A stretch of 64,000 nt of DNA, taken from contig CBDCQT010000013.1 of assembly GCA_965220745.1 (NCBI GenBank), forward strand, positions 320,001 to 384,000, in the 5' to 3' direction. Origin of the DNA: Alphaproteobacteria bacterium. Its GTDB lineage: Bacteria; Pseudomonadota; Alphaproteobacteria; UBA828. Made by a program: the position numbers and the translations under genes. Shown in pieces: positions 39,255-48,280 of the stretch; within the stretch, counting starts at the first letter, position 1, and every line of letters begins with the position of its first letter. Below the pieces are notes generated by a model, which made no database searches, had not been told where the DNA came from, and saw only the letters and a program-made list of their open reading frames with translations.

Positions 39255-40187
39255 ATGGTCCAGCTGATCATCCGGCGCATCGGCATGATGATCCTCATCA
39301 TGCTCGTGGTCGCTCTGTTGCTTTTCCTTATTAACGAGGGCGACCCCCGCCTCATCGCCCGCAGCGTTCTCGGCCCCTACGCGCAAGACCAGCAGCTCGA
39401 CACCTGGGTCATCGAGAACGGCTACGACCGTTCCGTCATTGTCCGCTATTTCGAATGGATCGGCCGAATATTCTCCGGCGATCTCGGAGACTCGGTCATC
39501 TACAAGAGGCCGGTCAGCGAGATCTTCTGGGACCGCCTGGGCAATACGGGCATCCTGGCGGGCGTCACCTTCGTCATCATGGTGCTGATCGCACTCACCC
39601 TCGGCGTGCTGGCGGGGATGAAGGAAGGCTCCCTGCAGGACCGGGCGATCTCGGTCTTCTCGATCATCACCACCTCGATCCCCGAATATGCGAGCGCCGT
39701 CTTCCTGGTCGGGATCTTCGTCTTCTGGCTCGGCTGGTTGCCCGGCACCTCGTCGATGACGTCCGGGTTCGACCCGGTTCAGATGATCCTGCCTGTACTT
39801 GTGCTGACCTTATATGGCTTCGGCTACATCGCGCGCATGACGCGCGCGTCGATGGCCGAGGTGATGACCACGCCTTACATACGAACGGCGGTGCTCAAGG
39901 GCCTGCCCTACCGGCACATCATCCTCAAGCACGCCTTGAGAAACGCGCTGATCGCGCCCTTCACCGTGATCATGCTGCAGATCAACTGGCTGCTGTCCGG
40001 CGTGGTCGTGACCGAGTTTGCCTTCGGCTACAAGGGGTTCGGCGCGCTGCTTCTGGAGGCGGCGCTCCGGCGCGACATCTTCGTCATCGAGGCCTGCGGC
40101 GTCGCGGCGGTCTTCGTCGCGGTCTTCACCCAGACCGTAGGCGATCTTGGCTACACCTATCTGAATCCGAGGATCAGGTTCAAGTGA
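39255..40187 (+). CDS. Dpp/Opp ABC permease (DppB-like)
   Basis: GDLGDS, SIPEY, ARMTRASM.EV, YIRTA..KG, HALRNAL, NPRI. Confidence 0.92.
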   Translation: MVQLIIRRIGMMILIMLVVALLLFLINEGDPRLIARSVLGPYAQDQQLDTWVIENGYDRSVIVRYFEWIGRIFSGDLGDSVIYKRPVSEIFWDRLGNTGILAGVTFVIMVLIALTLGVLAGMKEGSLQDRAISVFSIITTSIPEYASAVFLVGIFVFWLGWLPGTSSMTSGFDPVQMILPVLVLTLYGFGYIARMTRASMAEVMTTPYIRTAVLKGLPYRHIILKHALRNALIAPFTVIMLQINWLLSGVVVTEFAFGYKGFGALLLEAALRRDIFVIEACGVAAVFVAVFTQTVGDLGYTYLNPRIRFK

Positions 40188-41089
40188 GCGACGTGCCTCG
40201 CACGAACGACGTCAGCACGCCGCTCGCCAGGCTCGGCGCGAGCTTCGCGGCGTCGCTCAGGCCTGTCTTTCTGCTAAGGGAGAGCCCGGTCGGCATGATC
40301 GGGGCCGGAATCGTCCTCGGTTTTGTGATTCTGGCGATATTCGCGGAATTCATCGCGCCCTTCGATCCCAATGCGACGATGGTGCCTTTCGCCTACCCCG
40401 GTGCGGAGGCGCCGGAAGGGGGCATCTTCCTGCTCGGCACCGACCATCTTGGGCGCGACATTCTGTCGAGGATCATCTTCGGCGGTCAGCGGGTGCTCTT
40501 CTACGCCACGGCGGCTACGGTCGCGGCCTATGTCGTGGGCATCCTCATGGGCCTCGCCGCGGGGTACTTCCGGGGCTATCTCGACGAAATTCTGTCGTTT
40601 GTTGCCAACGTCATCCTCTCCTTCCCCATCATGGTTCTCTACGTGCTGATCATCGCCAAGGTCGGCGCGTCCGGGATCAACATCATCTTCGCGGTCGTGT
40701 TCGCATCGTCGCCCGGCATCATGCGCATCGTGCGCGGCGTGACCATGGACATCGCGACGCGTGATTACATCGCCGCAGCCCAGACCCGGGGCGAAGGCCC
40801 CTGGTACATCATGCTGATGGAGATCCTGCCCAATGCGCGTGGGCCGCTGATTGTCGATTTTTGCCTGCGCATGGGCTACACGACAATCACCATCGGTGCG
40901 CTCGGATTCCTCGGCCTCGGTCTGCCGCCGCCGGACCCCGACTGGGGCGGCATGATTACCGAGACCCGCGCCTTCGTCTCCGGCGGCTTCCCGCACATGG
41001 CGATCTTGCCGGCCTGCGCCGTCTCCCTGCTGGTGCTCGGCTTTAATCTGCTGGCGGACGGCCTGCGCGAAGTGTCGCTCAAGGACTAG
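40184..41089 (+). CDS. Dpp/Opp ABC permease (DppC-like)
   Basis: LLGTDHLGRDILSR, YIAAA..RGE, ILPN, LGFLGLG..PP.PDWG, FNLLADGL; GTGA overlap with the upstream stop. Confidence 0.92.
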   Translation: MSDVPRTNDVSTPLARLGASFAASLRPVFLLRESPVGMIGAGIVLGFVILAIFAEFIAPFDPNATMVPFAYPGAEAPEGGIFLLGTDHLGRDILSRIIFGGQRVLFYATAATVAAYVVGILMGLAAGYFRGYLDEILSFVANVILSFPIMVLYVLIIAKVGASGINIIFAVVFASSPGIMRIVRGVTMDIATRDYIAAAQTRGEGPWYIMLMEILPNARGPLIVDFCLRMGYTTITIGALGFLGLGLPPPDPDWGGMITETRAFVSGGFPHMAILPACAVSLLVLGFNLLADGLREVSLKD

Positions 41090-41099
41090 GAGAGGCAGA

Positions 41100-43211
41100 A
41101 TGTCGGATCACGCTTCCGAGCCGCCAGTCCTCGAGATCACCGGCCTCTGCCTCAGCTACTACACGCGGGCCGGCGAGGTTCCCGCCGTCTACGACTTCGA
41201 TCTTACCGTGGCCAGGGGCGAATCGGTCGGCCTCGTCGGCGAGTCCGGCTGCGGCAAGTCCACCGTGGCCAACGGCGTCATGCGCTATATGGGGCACAAC
41301 GGCGACATCGTCGGCGGTACCATCAAATTCAAGGGCCGCGACATGGCCGAGATGTCCGCGGAAGAAATCCGCCGGGTGCGCGGCAAGGACATCGCCATGA
41401 TCTACCAGGAGCCGATGGCCTCGCTCAATCCGAGCCTGACCATCGGCCAGCAGCTCATGGAAGTGCCGATAATCCACGAGGGCGTGAGCAAAGCTGAAGC
41501 CTTCCAGCGCGCCTACGACATGCTGTCGGCGGTACATATTCCGGACCCAAAGCGGCTCATGATCTCCTATCCCCACCAGGTCTCCGGCGGTCAGCAGCAG
41601 CGCGTGGTGATTGCCATGGCGCTGCTCTCACGGCCCGCGCTGCTGTTGCTGGACGAGCCGACGACGGCACTCGACGTGACGGTGGAGGCGGGCATCGTCG
41701 AGTTGATCGCCGAGCTCAGCCGCGAGACCGGCTCGTCGCTGCTCTACATCTCCCACAATCTCGGCCTGATGCTGGAGGTCTGCGACCGCATCTGCGTGAT
41801 GTACTCGGGCGAGGTGGTGGAGGAGGGGACGATCGATTCGATATTCTCCTGGCCCAAGCACCCCTATACCCAGGGCCTCTTCGGTTGCATTCCGTTGCCG
41901 CACGCAGACAAGAACGCGCGCCCGCTGGTCTCGATCAAGGGCCAGCTTCCGCTCCCGCACGAGCGGCCCGAGGGCTGCAATTTTGGGCCGCGTTGCGGGT
42001 TCTTCGAGCAGGGGCGGTGTGACAAGGGCCTGATCCCGATGGATGAGGTGCACACCGACGACGACCCGGCGCATCGGGTGCGATGTAGGCGCTGGGAGGG
42101 GATCGACGTCACCGAGGCGGTGCGTGTCGATGACGTCCGTGAGCCGATCGAGGTTGGCGAGACGGTCCTCGAGGTCGCCGACATGCGCAAGTACTACAAG
42201 GTGCGTGATCGCTCGCTTGCGGCTTTGGTTTCCGGCGGCGCCGTCCGCGAAGTCAAGGCGAACGAGAGCATCAGCTTCCGCGCGGGCGAGGGCGAGACGG
42301 TCGCCATCGTGGGTGAATCAGGTTGCGGCAAGTCCACCTTCGCCAAGGTGTTGATGGGGCTGGAGACTGCGACCGACGGCGAGGTGACGCTGGATGGGAC
42401 CGACCTTGGCGGCATTCCGGTCAACAAGCGCACGGCGGCGCAGCTCTCCTCGCTCCAGATGGTGTTCCAGAACCCGAACGATACGCTCAACCCGTCCCAC
42501 TCGGTGGGCTACCAGATCGGCCGCGTCATCAAGCGCTTCGGCATCGAGCGCGATTCCGTCAAGCGGAGGGAGCTGGTGTTCGAGCTGCTCGACACGGTGA
42601 AGCTGCCGCGCGCCTTCATGTCCCGGAAGCCGCGCCAGCTCTCAGGCGGCCAGAAGCAGCGGGTAGGTATCGCGCGCGCCTTCGCCGGCAACCCCAAGAC
42701 GGTGATCGCGGACGAGCCGATCTCGGCGCTCGACGTCTCGGTGGCCGCGGCGGTGACCGAGCTGCTGATGGACATTCAGCGCGAGCACCGCACCACGCTG
42801 CTCTTCATCAGCCACGACCTCTCGGCGGTGCGCTACCTCTCCGACCGCGTGGTGGTGATGTATCTCGGCCAGATCATGGAGCGCGGCTCAACGGAGCAAA
42901 TTTTTGCGCCCCCCTACCATCCCTACACCGAGGCGCTGCTCTCTGCAGTGCCGATCGCCGACCCCGAGGTGGAGAGGCGCCGCATCGTGCTGGAAGGCAG
43001 CCTGCCAAGCCCGCTCGATCCGCCCAAGGGGTGTCCTTTCTCGACCCGTTGTCCGCGCAAGCTCGGCGAGATTTGCGATAACGAGGCGCCGCCACTTCAG
43101 ACCAACGCCAACCGCCACGTCATCGCCTGCCACATTCCGCTCGAAGAGCTGCGCGACGTTGAGCCGGTGATTTCCATTCCCGACCGCGACGAGCTCCACG
43201 CTGCACAGTAA
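41100..43211 (+). CDS. Fused DppD/DppF ABC ATPase
   Basis: Two GESGCGKS Walker A motifs, each with a C-terminal HPYT / GC.F..RC Cys-rich domain. Confidence 0.93.
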   Translation: MSDHASEPPVLEITGLCLSYYTRAGEVPAVYDFDLTVARGESVGLVGESGCGKSTVANGVMRYMGHNGDIVGGTIKFKGRDMAEMSAEEIRRVRGKDIAMIYQEPMASLNPSLTIGQQLMEVPIIHEGVSKAEAFQRAYDMLSAVHIPDPKRLMISYPHQVSGGQQQRVVIAMALLSRPALLLLDEPTTALDVTVEAGIVELIAELSRETGSSLLYISHNLGLMLEVCDRICVMYSGEVVEEGTIDSIFSWPKHPYTQGLFGCIPLPHADKNARPLVSIKGQLPLPHERPEGCNFGPRCGFFEQGRCDKGLIPMDEVHTDDDPAHRVRCRRWEGIDVTEAVRVDDVREPIEVGETVLEVADMRKYYKVRDRSLAALVSGGAVREVKANESISFRAGEGETVAIVGESGCGKSTFAKVLMGLETATDGEVTLDGTDLGGIPVNKRTAAQLSSLQMVFQNPNDTLNPSHSVGYQIGRVIKRFGIERDSVKRRELVFELLDTVKLPRAFMSRKPRQLSGGQKQRVGIARAFAGNPKTVIADEPISALDVSVAAAVTELLMDIQREHRTTLLFISHDLSAVRYLSDRVVVMYLGQIMERGSTEQIFAPPYHPYTEALLSAVPIADPEVERRRIVLEGSLPSPLDPPKGCPFSTRCPRKLGEICDNEAPPLQTNANRHVIACHIPLEELRDVEPVISIPDRDELHAAQ

Positions 43212-43224
43212 TCCCACGAACAAC

Positions 43225-44424
43225 GTGCCGCCGCCGCCGGACGAGACGGCGCTTCGGCTGGGACGGCTCAAGCGGCTCCGCGCCGAGATGACGCGGTTCG
43301 ATTGTGCTGCGCTCGTGCTGACCGATCCGCACAATGTGCGCTACGCCACCGGCGCCCGGAACATGATACCCTTCCTTCTTCGCAACCCGGCGCGCTACGT
43401 GTTCGTGCCCCTGGAAGGCCCGGTCGTGTTGTTCGAGTTCGCGGGTTGCGAGCACATGGAACGCGACAATCCGGTGATCGACGAGATCCGCGTTTCCACG
43501 ACGGTCTCTTACGTGGCGCGCGGGCCCTTGCTGGACGAGACGGCAAGGCTCTGGGCCGAGGAGATTGCCGCGCTGATGCGCCAGCATTGCCCGGGCGAGA
43601 CGCGGATCGGCTTGGAACGCATCGATGCACGGGCCGTCGGCTATCTGGCGGATCGGGGGTTCACGATCCTCGATGCGCAGGCCCCGACAGAGAGAGCGCG
43701 TGCGATCAAGACGCCGGAGGAAATCGTCTGCTCGAAGCGCTCCATGGCGTGCGTCATGGCGGCGGAAAAGACTCTCGAAGACTCGATCCGGCCGGGAATC
43801 ACCGAGAACGCGCTGTGGGCGGAGTTCCACCGCCATGTGATTGCCAATGACGGTGACTACGTGGAGACCAGGCTGCTCAGCTCGGGCGAGAAAACCAACC
43901 CCTGGTTTCAGGAAACCGGCGACCGTGTGATCCGCGCCGGCGACCTGGTGGCGCACGATACCGATGTCGTCGGACCACACGGCTATTACGCCGATTTTTC
44001 ACGCACTTTTCTATGCGGCGACGGCCGGCCGACCCCGGAACAGCGAACGCTCTATCGCCTCGCCCATGAGCAGATCCAGCGCAATATGGCGCTGATCGCA
44101 CCGGGACGGACGTTCCGGGAAATCACGGAGGCAGCCTGGAAAATTCCGGCTCCATACTACGTCCGGCGGTACTACCTGATGATTCACGGTATCGGGGCGA
44201 CCGGCGAATACCCTTATATCGTGTACGAAGCCGACTACGATGGCGGGCGGGACTACGACGGTGTCATTGAACCCAACATGACGCTCTGCGTGGAAAGCTT
44301 CATCGGTCACGAGGAAGGGAGCGAAGGGGTAAAGCTGGAGCAACAGGTTCTGGTTACCGAGTCCGGCGTTGAGTTGATGAGTACGTTCCCCTTCGACGAA
44401 AGGTTGCTCGGCCGCGAGCTGTGA
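43225..44424 (+). CDS. M24B (Xaa-Pro peptidase fold) DddP-like protein, paralog 1
   Basis: DP.N.RYAT, ETRLL.SG..TNPWFQE, DTD, DFSR, HGIG..GEYP, CVE, KLEQQ. Confidence 0.85.
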   Translation: MPPPPDETALRLGRLKRLRAEMTRFDCAALVLTDPHNVRYATGARNMIPFLLRNPARYVFVPLEGPVVLFEFAGCEHMERDNPVIDEIRVSTTVSYVARGPLLDETARLWAEEIAALMRQHCPGETRIGLERIDARAVGYLADRGFTILDAQAPTERARAIKTPEEIVCSKRSMACVMAAEKTLEDSIRPGITENALWAEFHRHVIANDGDYVETRLLSSGEKTNPWFQETGDRVIRAGDLVAHDTDVVGPHGYYADFSRTFLCGDGRPTPEQRTLYRLAHEQIQRNMALIAPGRTFREITEAAWKIPAPYYVRRYYLMIHGIGATGEYPYIVYEADYDGGRDYDGVIEPNMTLCVESFIGHEEGSEGVKLEQQVLVTESGVELMSTFPFDERLLGREL

Positions 44425-45047
44425 CGATGGGGACGCTCTTTCCGCCGCTACCCTCCGGTCCATTCGACATCATCTATGCCGATCCGCCCTGGGACTACAA
44501 AGGGCAGCTTCAGCACGCCGGCGAGGGCAGCCAGGATACGGGAGGCGCGGTCAGGCACTATCCGACCGTGACCCTGGATGACCTCAAGACGTTGAATGTT
44601 CCTACTATTTGTGCGCAAGATTGCCTCCTGTTCATGTGGGCGACCAATCCACATCTGGACCAGGCCATTGACTTGGGAAAGGCGTGGGGCTTTGCGTGGG
44701 CAACCGTGGCCTTCGTGTGGGATAAGGTAAGGGTAAATCCCGGCTTTTATACCATGAGCCAATGCGAGTTATGCCTCGTGTTCAAGAGGGGAAAGATCCC
44801 GTCTCCGCGCGGTGCCAGAAACGTGCGCCAGCTCGTCACCGCCAAGCGGGAGGCTCACTCGCAAAAGCCGGACGAAGTGCGGCTGCGCATCGAAGAGATG
44901 TTTCCGCTTCTCCGCAAGATCGAACTGTTCGCGCGCGAGAGGGATGAGCAGTGCCTCACCGATGATCGTTGGACGAAATGGGGATTCGAAGCGCATGGCG
45001 CGGAAACATCTGGAGTGGCGGGAGAACTGGCAGGCCGAGGCTACTGA
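44421..45047 (+). CDS. MT-A70 family N6-adenine DNA methyltransferase (M.MunI-like)
   Basis: FDIIYADPPW, HYPT, LFMWAT, AWGF, FVWDK, HSQKP, IELFAR; alternative ATG at 44427. Confidence 0.92.
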   Translation: MTMGTLFPPLPSGPFDIIYADPPWDYKGQLQHAGEGSQDTGGAVRHYPTVTLDDLKTLNVPTICAQDCLLFMWATNPHLDQAIDLGKAWGFAWATVAFVWDKVRVNPGFYTMSQCELCLVFKRGKIPSPRGARNVRQLVTAKREAHSQKPDEVRLRIEEMFPLLRKIELFARERDEQCLTDDRWTKWGFEAHGAETSGVAGELAGRGY

Positions 45048-45514
45048 GAGAGGAGTAAAACCAGAGAAAGCATTCGACCTGATTATGCATCACTACTTAA
45101 TTGACTCACCAATCGCAGGCATAGAGAACCCGAAAGAGCTCAGAGCGATTTATGGAGACGAGCACAGTCGGCACGATATCGCTTCCAATTATATGTTTCG
45201 ACGTCGAGATACCAACAGGTCCAATTCGTCGAAATCAAGCGGTAATGTGCAAAGGGAAACACCCACGAGCGGGCTTGAAAATTCATGATTCCTAGAATTC
45301 TAAACTCGATAAAGTGGATTGGTAATCGGCATCAGGGTGTAATTCCGGTTTGGTGGATTTTTGCGGACGAGATTGCTTCCGATTCTCGCTATAGGCAAGA
45401 GATACTGCATTGGCTTCAGGGGATCGAGGTCCATGTCCTGTTATGGGAGAGAATCACAGATTACAAACCCGTGTCGATCATTTCGAGGAGCACATACAGC
45501 CGCTTCTTTCGTAA
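44995..45514 (+). pseudogene. Degraded MunI-like type II restriction endonuclease
   Basis: Pieces in three frames: R.NWQA...PK.LR.IY; then FVEIKR*..GNTHERA*KF.P..L....IG....IP.W.IF..EI..D....EI..W; then VDHFEEHIQPLL*; TAA at 45243, TGA at 45276, frameshifts near 45220 and 45472. Confidence 0.75.
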
Positions 45515-45821
45515 ATCGAAAAAGCGGCTAACAACGCATTGCCAGACGGGAGAAATGGGACCAATCTTGCATCAAGTGCGTGTTCTCGCGCCCAAGCTCA
45601 ACGGCGTGACATCGTGTCAGCGATGCGATCTGCATGGAGGATGTAACGCGCTGCGAGGAGGCGTCGGCCCGTCCTGTCGGAACCCTGGCAAGGATACCGT
45701 TCTCAGTTCGAGGCGTGGTTGAAATCAGTGGGAAGGAAACGTCTATGGATAGAAGCGGCCAAGTTGTGACTGCGTCGATCGGCGATCGGGGGCGTCGGCT
45801 CTCTCGGAACGGAGGCGCTAT

Positions 45822-47063
45822 ATGACACAGGCATCCGGCGGCACCGCCAACACACTGCGCCAGCATGGTGCGATGGAGCACAGCAATCCGCCCTGCGATC
45901 TCGACGAGATGCGCCGTTACCGGCTCGGGCGCGTGCGCGAGGCGCTGGCTGCGCGCGACCTCGCCGGCATCATCCTCTACGACCCGCTGAACATCCGCTA
46001 CGCCACCGATGCGTCAAACATGCAGGTGTGGTGCGCCCACAACGAGGCCCGCTACCTCTACGTGCCGGCGGAAGGGCCGGTTCGGCTGTTCGAGTTCGGC
46101 GGTGGTAGCGACCTGCTCACCGCCGGGCTCCCCACCATCGACGAGGTCCGCGGCGCGACCTATGTGCTCTATTTCATTGCCGGCGGCCGTCAGGCTGACA
46201 ACGCGCGGGCCTGGGCGGCTGAGCTGGACTCGGTGATCCGTGAGCACGCCGGCGGCAACCGGCGCATCGCCATCGACCGGGTCGGACCGGTGGGCATGAT
46301 CGAAATGCAGCGCCTCGGCTACGAAATCGTCGACGGCTTCGAGGTGATGGAGAACGCCCGGTCGATCAAGTCGGCCGGCGAGATCACCCTGATGCGCCAC
46401 TCGATTGCGGTGTGCGAGCAGGCCATCGCGCAGATGCGCGAGGCGCTCACGCCCGGCATCACCGAGAACGCGCTCTGGGCCGAGCTCCATCGCGGCAACA
46501 TCGCCGGCGGCGGCGAGTGGATCGAGTGTCGACTACTCGCATCCGGGCCACGCACGAACCCATGGTTCCGAGAATCCTCGATGCGCGTCATCGAGCGCGG
46601 CGACATCGTGGCCTTCGACACGGACCTTGTGGGACCCTACGGCTATTGCTGCGACATCTCGCGCACCTGGGTGTGCGACGCGCGCCCGAGCGATGAGCAG
46701 CGGCGCATCTACGCCGAGGCCTACGCGCAGGTGCAGGAGAACAAGGCGTTGTTGAAGCCCGGCGCGACATTCCGTGAGCTCACCGAGTTCTCGCGCCCCT
46801 TCAGCGACGAGTTCGTCGAGGGCCGCTATTCGGTGTCGATGCACGGGGTGGGGCTCTGCGACGAATACCCAGCTATCCTCTACCCGCAAGACTATGAGCC
46901 CGGAGACGACGGCGTGCTGGAGGAGGGGATGGTGATTTGCGTTGAAGGCCTCGCCGCTCCCGCCGGCGGCCGTGAGGCGGTCAAACTCGAAGAGCAGGTG
47001 CTGATCACCGCAAACGGCCATGAGCAGCTCTCGTCGTATCCGTTGGAGGAGGACTGGCTGTAG
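45822..47063 (+). CDS. M24B DddP-like protein (candidate DMSP lyase), paralog 2
   Basis: DPLNIRYATD.SNMQ.W.AHN, H..NI..GGEWIE.RLLASGPRTNPWF, FDTDL.G.YG.C.DISR, MHGVGLCDE.P, CVE, KLE.QVLIT. Confidence 0.85.
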   Translation: MTQASGGTANTLRQHGAMEHSNPPCDLDEMRRYRLGRVREALAARDLAGIILYDPLNIRYATDASNMQVWCAHNEARYLYVPAEGPVRLFEFGGGSDLLTAGLPTIDEVRGATYVLYFIAGGRQADNARAWAAELDSVIREHAGGNRRIAIDRVGPVGMIEMQRLGYEIVDGFEVMENARSIKSAGEITLMRHSIAVCEQAIAQMREALTPGITENALWAELHRGNIAGGGEWIECRLLASGPRTNPWFRESSMRVIERGDIVAFDTDLVGPYGYCCDISRTWVCDARPSDEQRRIYAEAYAQVQENKALLKPGATFRELTEFSRPFSDEFVEGRYSVSMHGVGLCDEYPAILYPQDYEPGDDGVLEEGMVICVEGLAAPAGGREAVKLEEQVLITANGHEQLSSYPLEEDWL

Positions 47064-47104
47064 CAGGGGAGGGGGCGAGCGAATTCGCGCAAGCTCGTGC
47101 GTCC

Positions 47105-47911
47105 ATGAAGCATGTTCTCGACCTCGATCGCTGGCCCATGGACGCGCTGAATGGTGTGCCGGGACGGGCGCTGGTCGCCCGTTGCCGCGATGAGCTGCGG
47201 GACACAGGCATGTTCAGCCTGCCGGGGCTCATCCGACGGGAGGCGCTTCGGACGTGTGTCACGGAGGTGGCGCACCTGTTCGATACCGCCGCCTTCATCC
47301 ACGCCCGCGATCACAACATCTACTTCGACGACGAGATCGAGGGGCTGGAAGCCGGCCACCCGGCGCTCCGCCGCTTCACCACCGTCAACCGCACGATTTG
47401 CGGCGACCAGATCCCGGCCAGCACCATCGAGCGAGTCTACGAGTGGCAGCCGCTCATCGATTTTCTGGCGGCGGCGATGGACAAGCCCCAGCTATACCCG
47501 ATGGCCGATCCCCTCGGCCGGCTCAACGTCATGGCCTACCGGGAAGGGGAGCGGCTCAACTGGCACTTCGACCGGGCGGAGTTCACCATCACCGTGCTCC
47601 TGCAGGCGCCGCTCGGAGGCGGAGATTTTCAGTACCGCAGCGGGCTGCGGAGCGATACCGACCCGAACTACGACGGCATCGCCCGCTTGCTTGCCGGCGA
47701 CGACGAACGGGTGCGGACGCTGCCGCTCGCACCGGGCACGCTCAACGTCTTCAAGGGCAAGAACACGGCGCACCGGGTGACGCCGGTCGAAGGCGACCGC
47801 GCCAGGATCATCGCGGTGTTCTCGTACTACGAGACGCCGCACGTCACATTCAGCGATACTGAGCGCCTGGGCTTCTACGGCCGGACGACCCCCGCGAGGG
47901 CGGAAGCGTAG
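47105..47911 (+). CDS. Fe(II)/2-oxoglutarate oxygenase, BesD/HalD-like family (hydroxylase-type HxD)
   Basis: LNWHFD, TVLLQ.P..GG.FQ, PGTL..F.G....HRVTPV, R....FSY. Confidence 0.75.
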   Translation: MKHVLDLDRWPMDALNGVPGRALVARCRDELRDTGMFSLPGLIRREALRTCVTEVAHLFDTAAFIHARDHNIYFDDEIEGLEAGHPALRRFTTVNRTICGDQIPASTIERVYEWQPLIDFLAAAMDKPQLYPMADPLGRLNVMAYREGERLNWHFDRAEFTITVLLQAPLGGGDFQYRSGLRSDTDPNYDGIARLLAGDDERVRTLPLAPGTLNVFKGKNTAHRVTPVEGDRARIIAVFSYYETPHVTFSDTERLGFYGRTTPARAEA

Positions 47912-47949
47912 AACCGGACCCGCACACCGAGCCAAGCACCGGCAAACAG

Positions 47950-48264
47950 ATGACCGTCGCTCTCTTCTACAACCCGCATTGCCCCGACTGCGTGCGTCAG
48001 GCGGCGCTCGCGGCGCGCATGGACTGGCTGGGCCGGGTCGAGCTGCGGACGGACGACTCGCCCCTGGGCGAAGTCCCCGTCGGCGAGATCGTCGTGGTGG
48101 ACAAGCAACGCAGCAAGGTCTTCACGGGCGTCTACGCCACGCGCCAGGTGTGCCTGCAGGTTCCGCTGCTATTCCTCTATGGGCTTGCGCTCTACCTGCC
48201 GCCGTTCCGCCTCCTCTTTGGGCGAGAGAAGCAGGGCTGCAACGGCGACGCCTGCGAATTCTGA
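47950..48264 (+). CDS. Small DCC1/DUF393-like thiol-disulfide oxidoreductase
   Basis: N-terminal FYNPHCPDC (CxxC), D.LGRVE; C-terminal CNGDACEF. Confidence 0.6.
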   Translation: MTVALFYNPHCPDCVRQAALAARMDWLGRVELRTDDSPLGEVPVGEIVVVDKQRSKVFTGVYATRQVCLQVPLLFLYGLALYLPPFRLLFGREKQGCNGDACEF

Positions 48265-48280
48265 TGGGCCACGCTGCCGC

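Noticed and set aside
45276-45278. In-frame TGA at a position expected to be Cys (selenocysteine?)
   Set aside because: The same gene also has a TAA and two frameshifts, so simple decay explains it; no SECIS-like hairpin is evident
45285-45722. 145-aa ORF as a standalone gene (also 44812-45288)
   Set aside because: These are fragments of the endonuclease pseudogene running on out of frame
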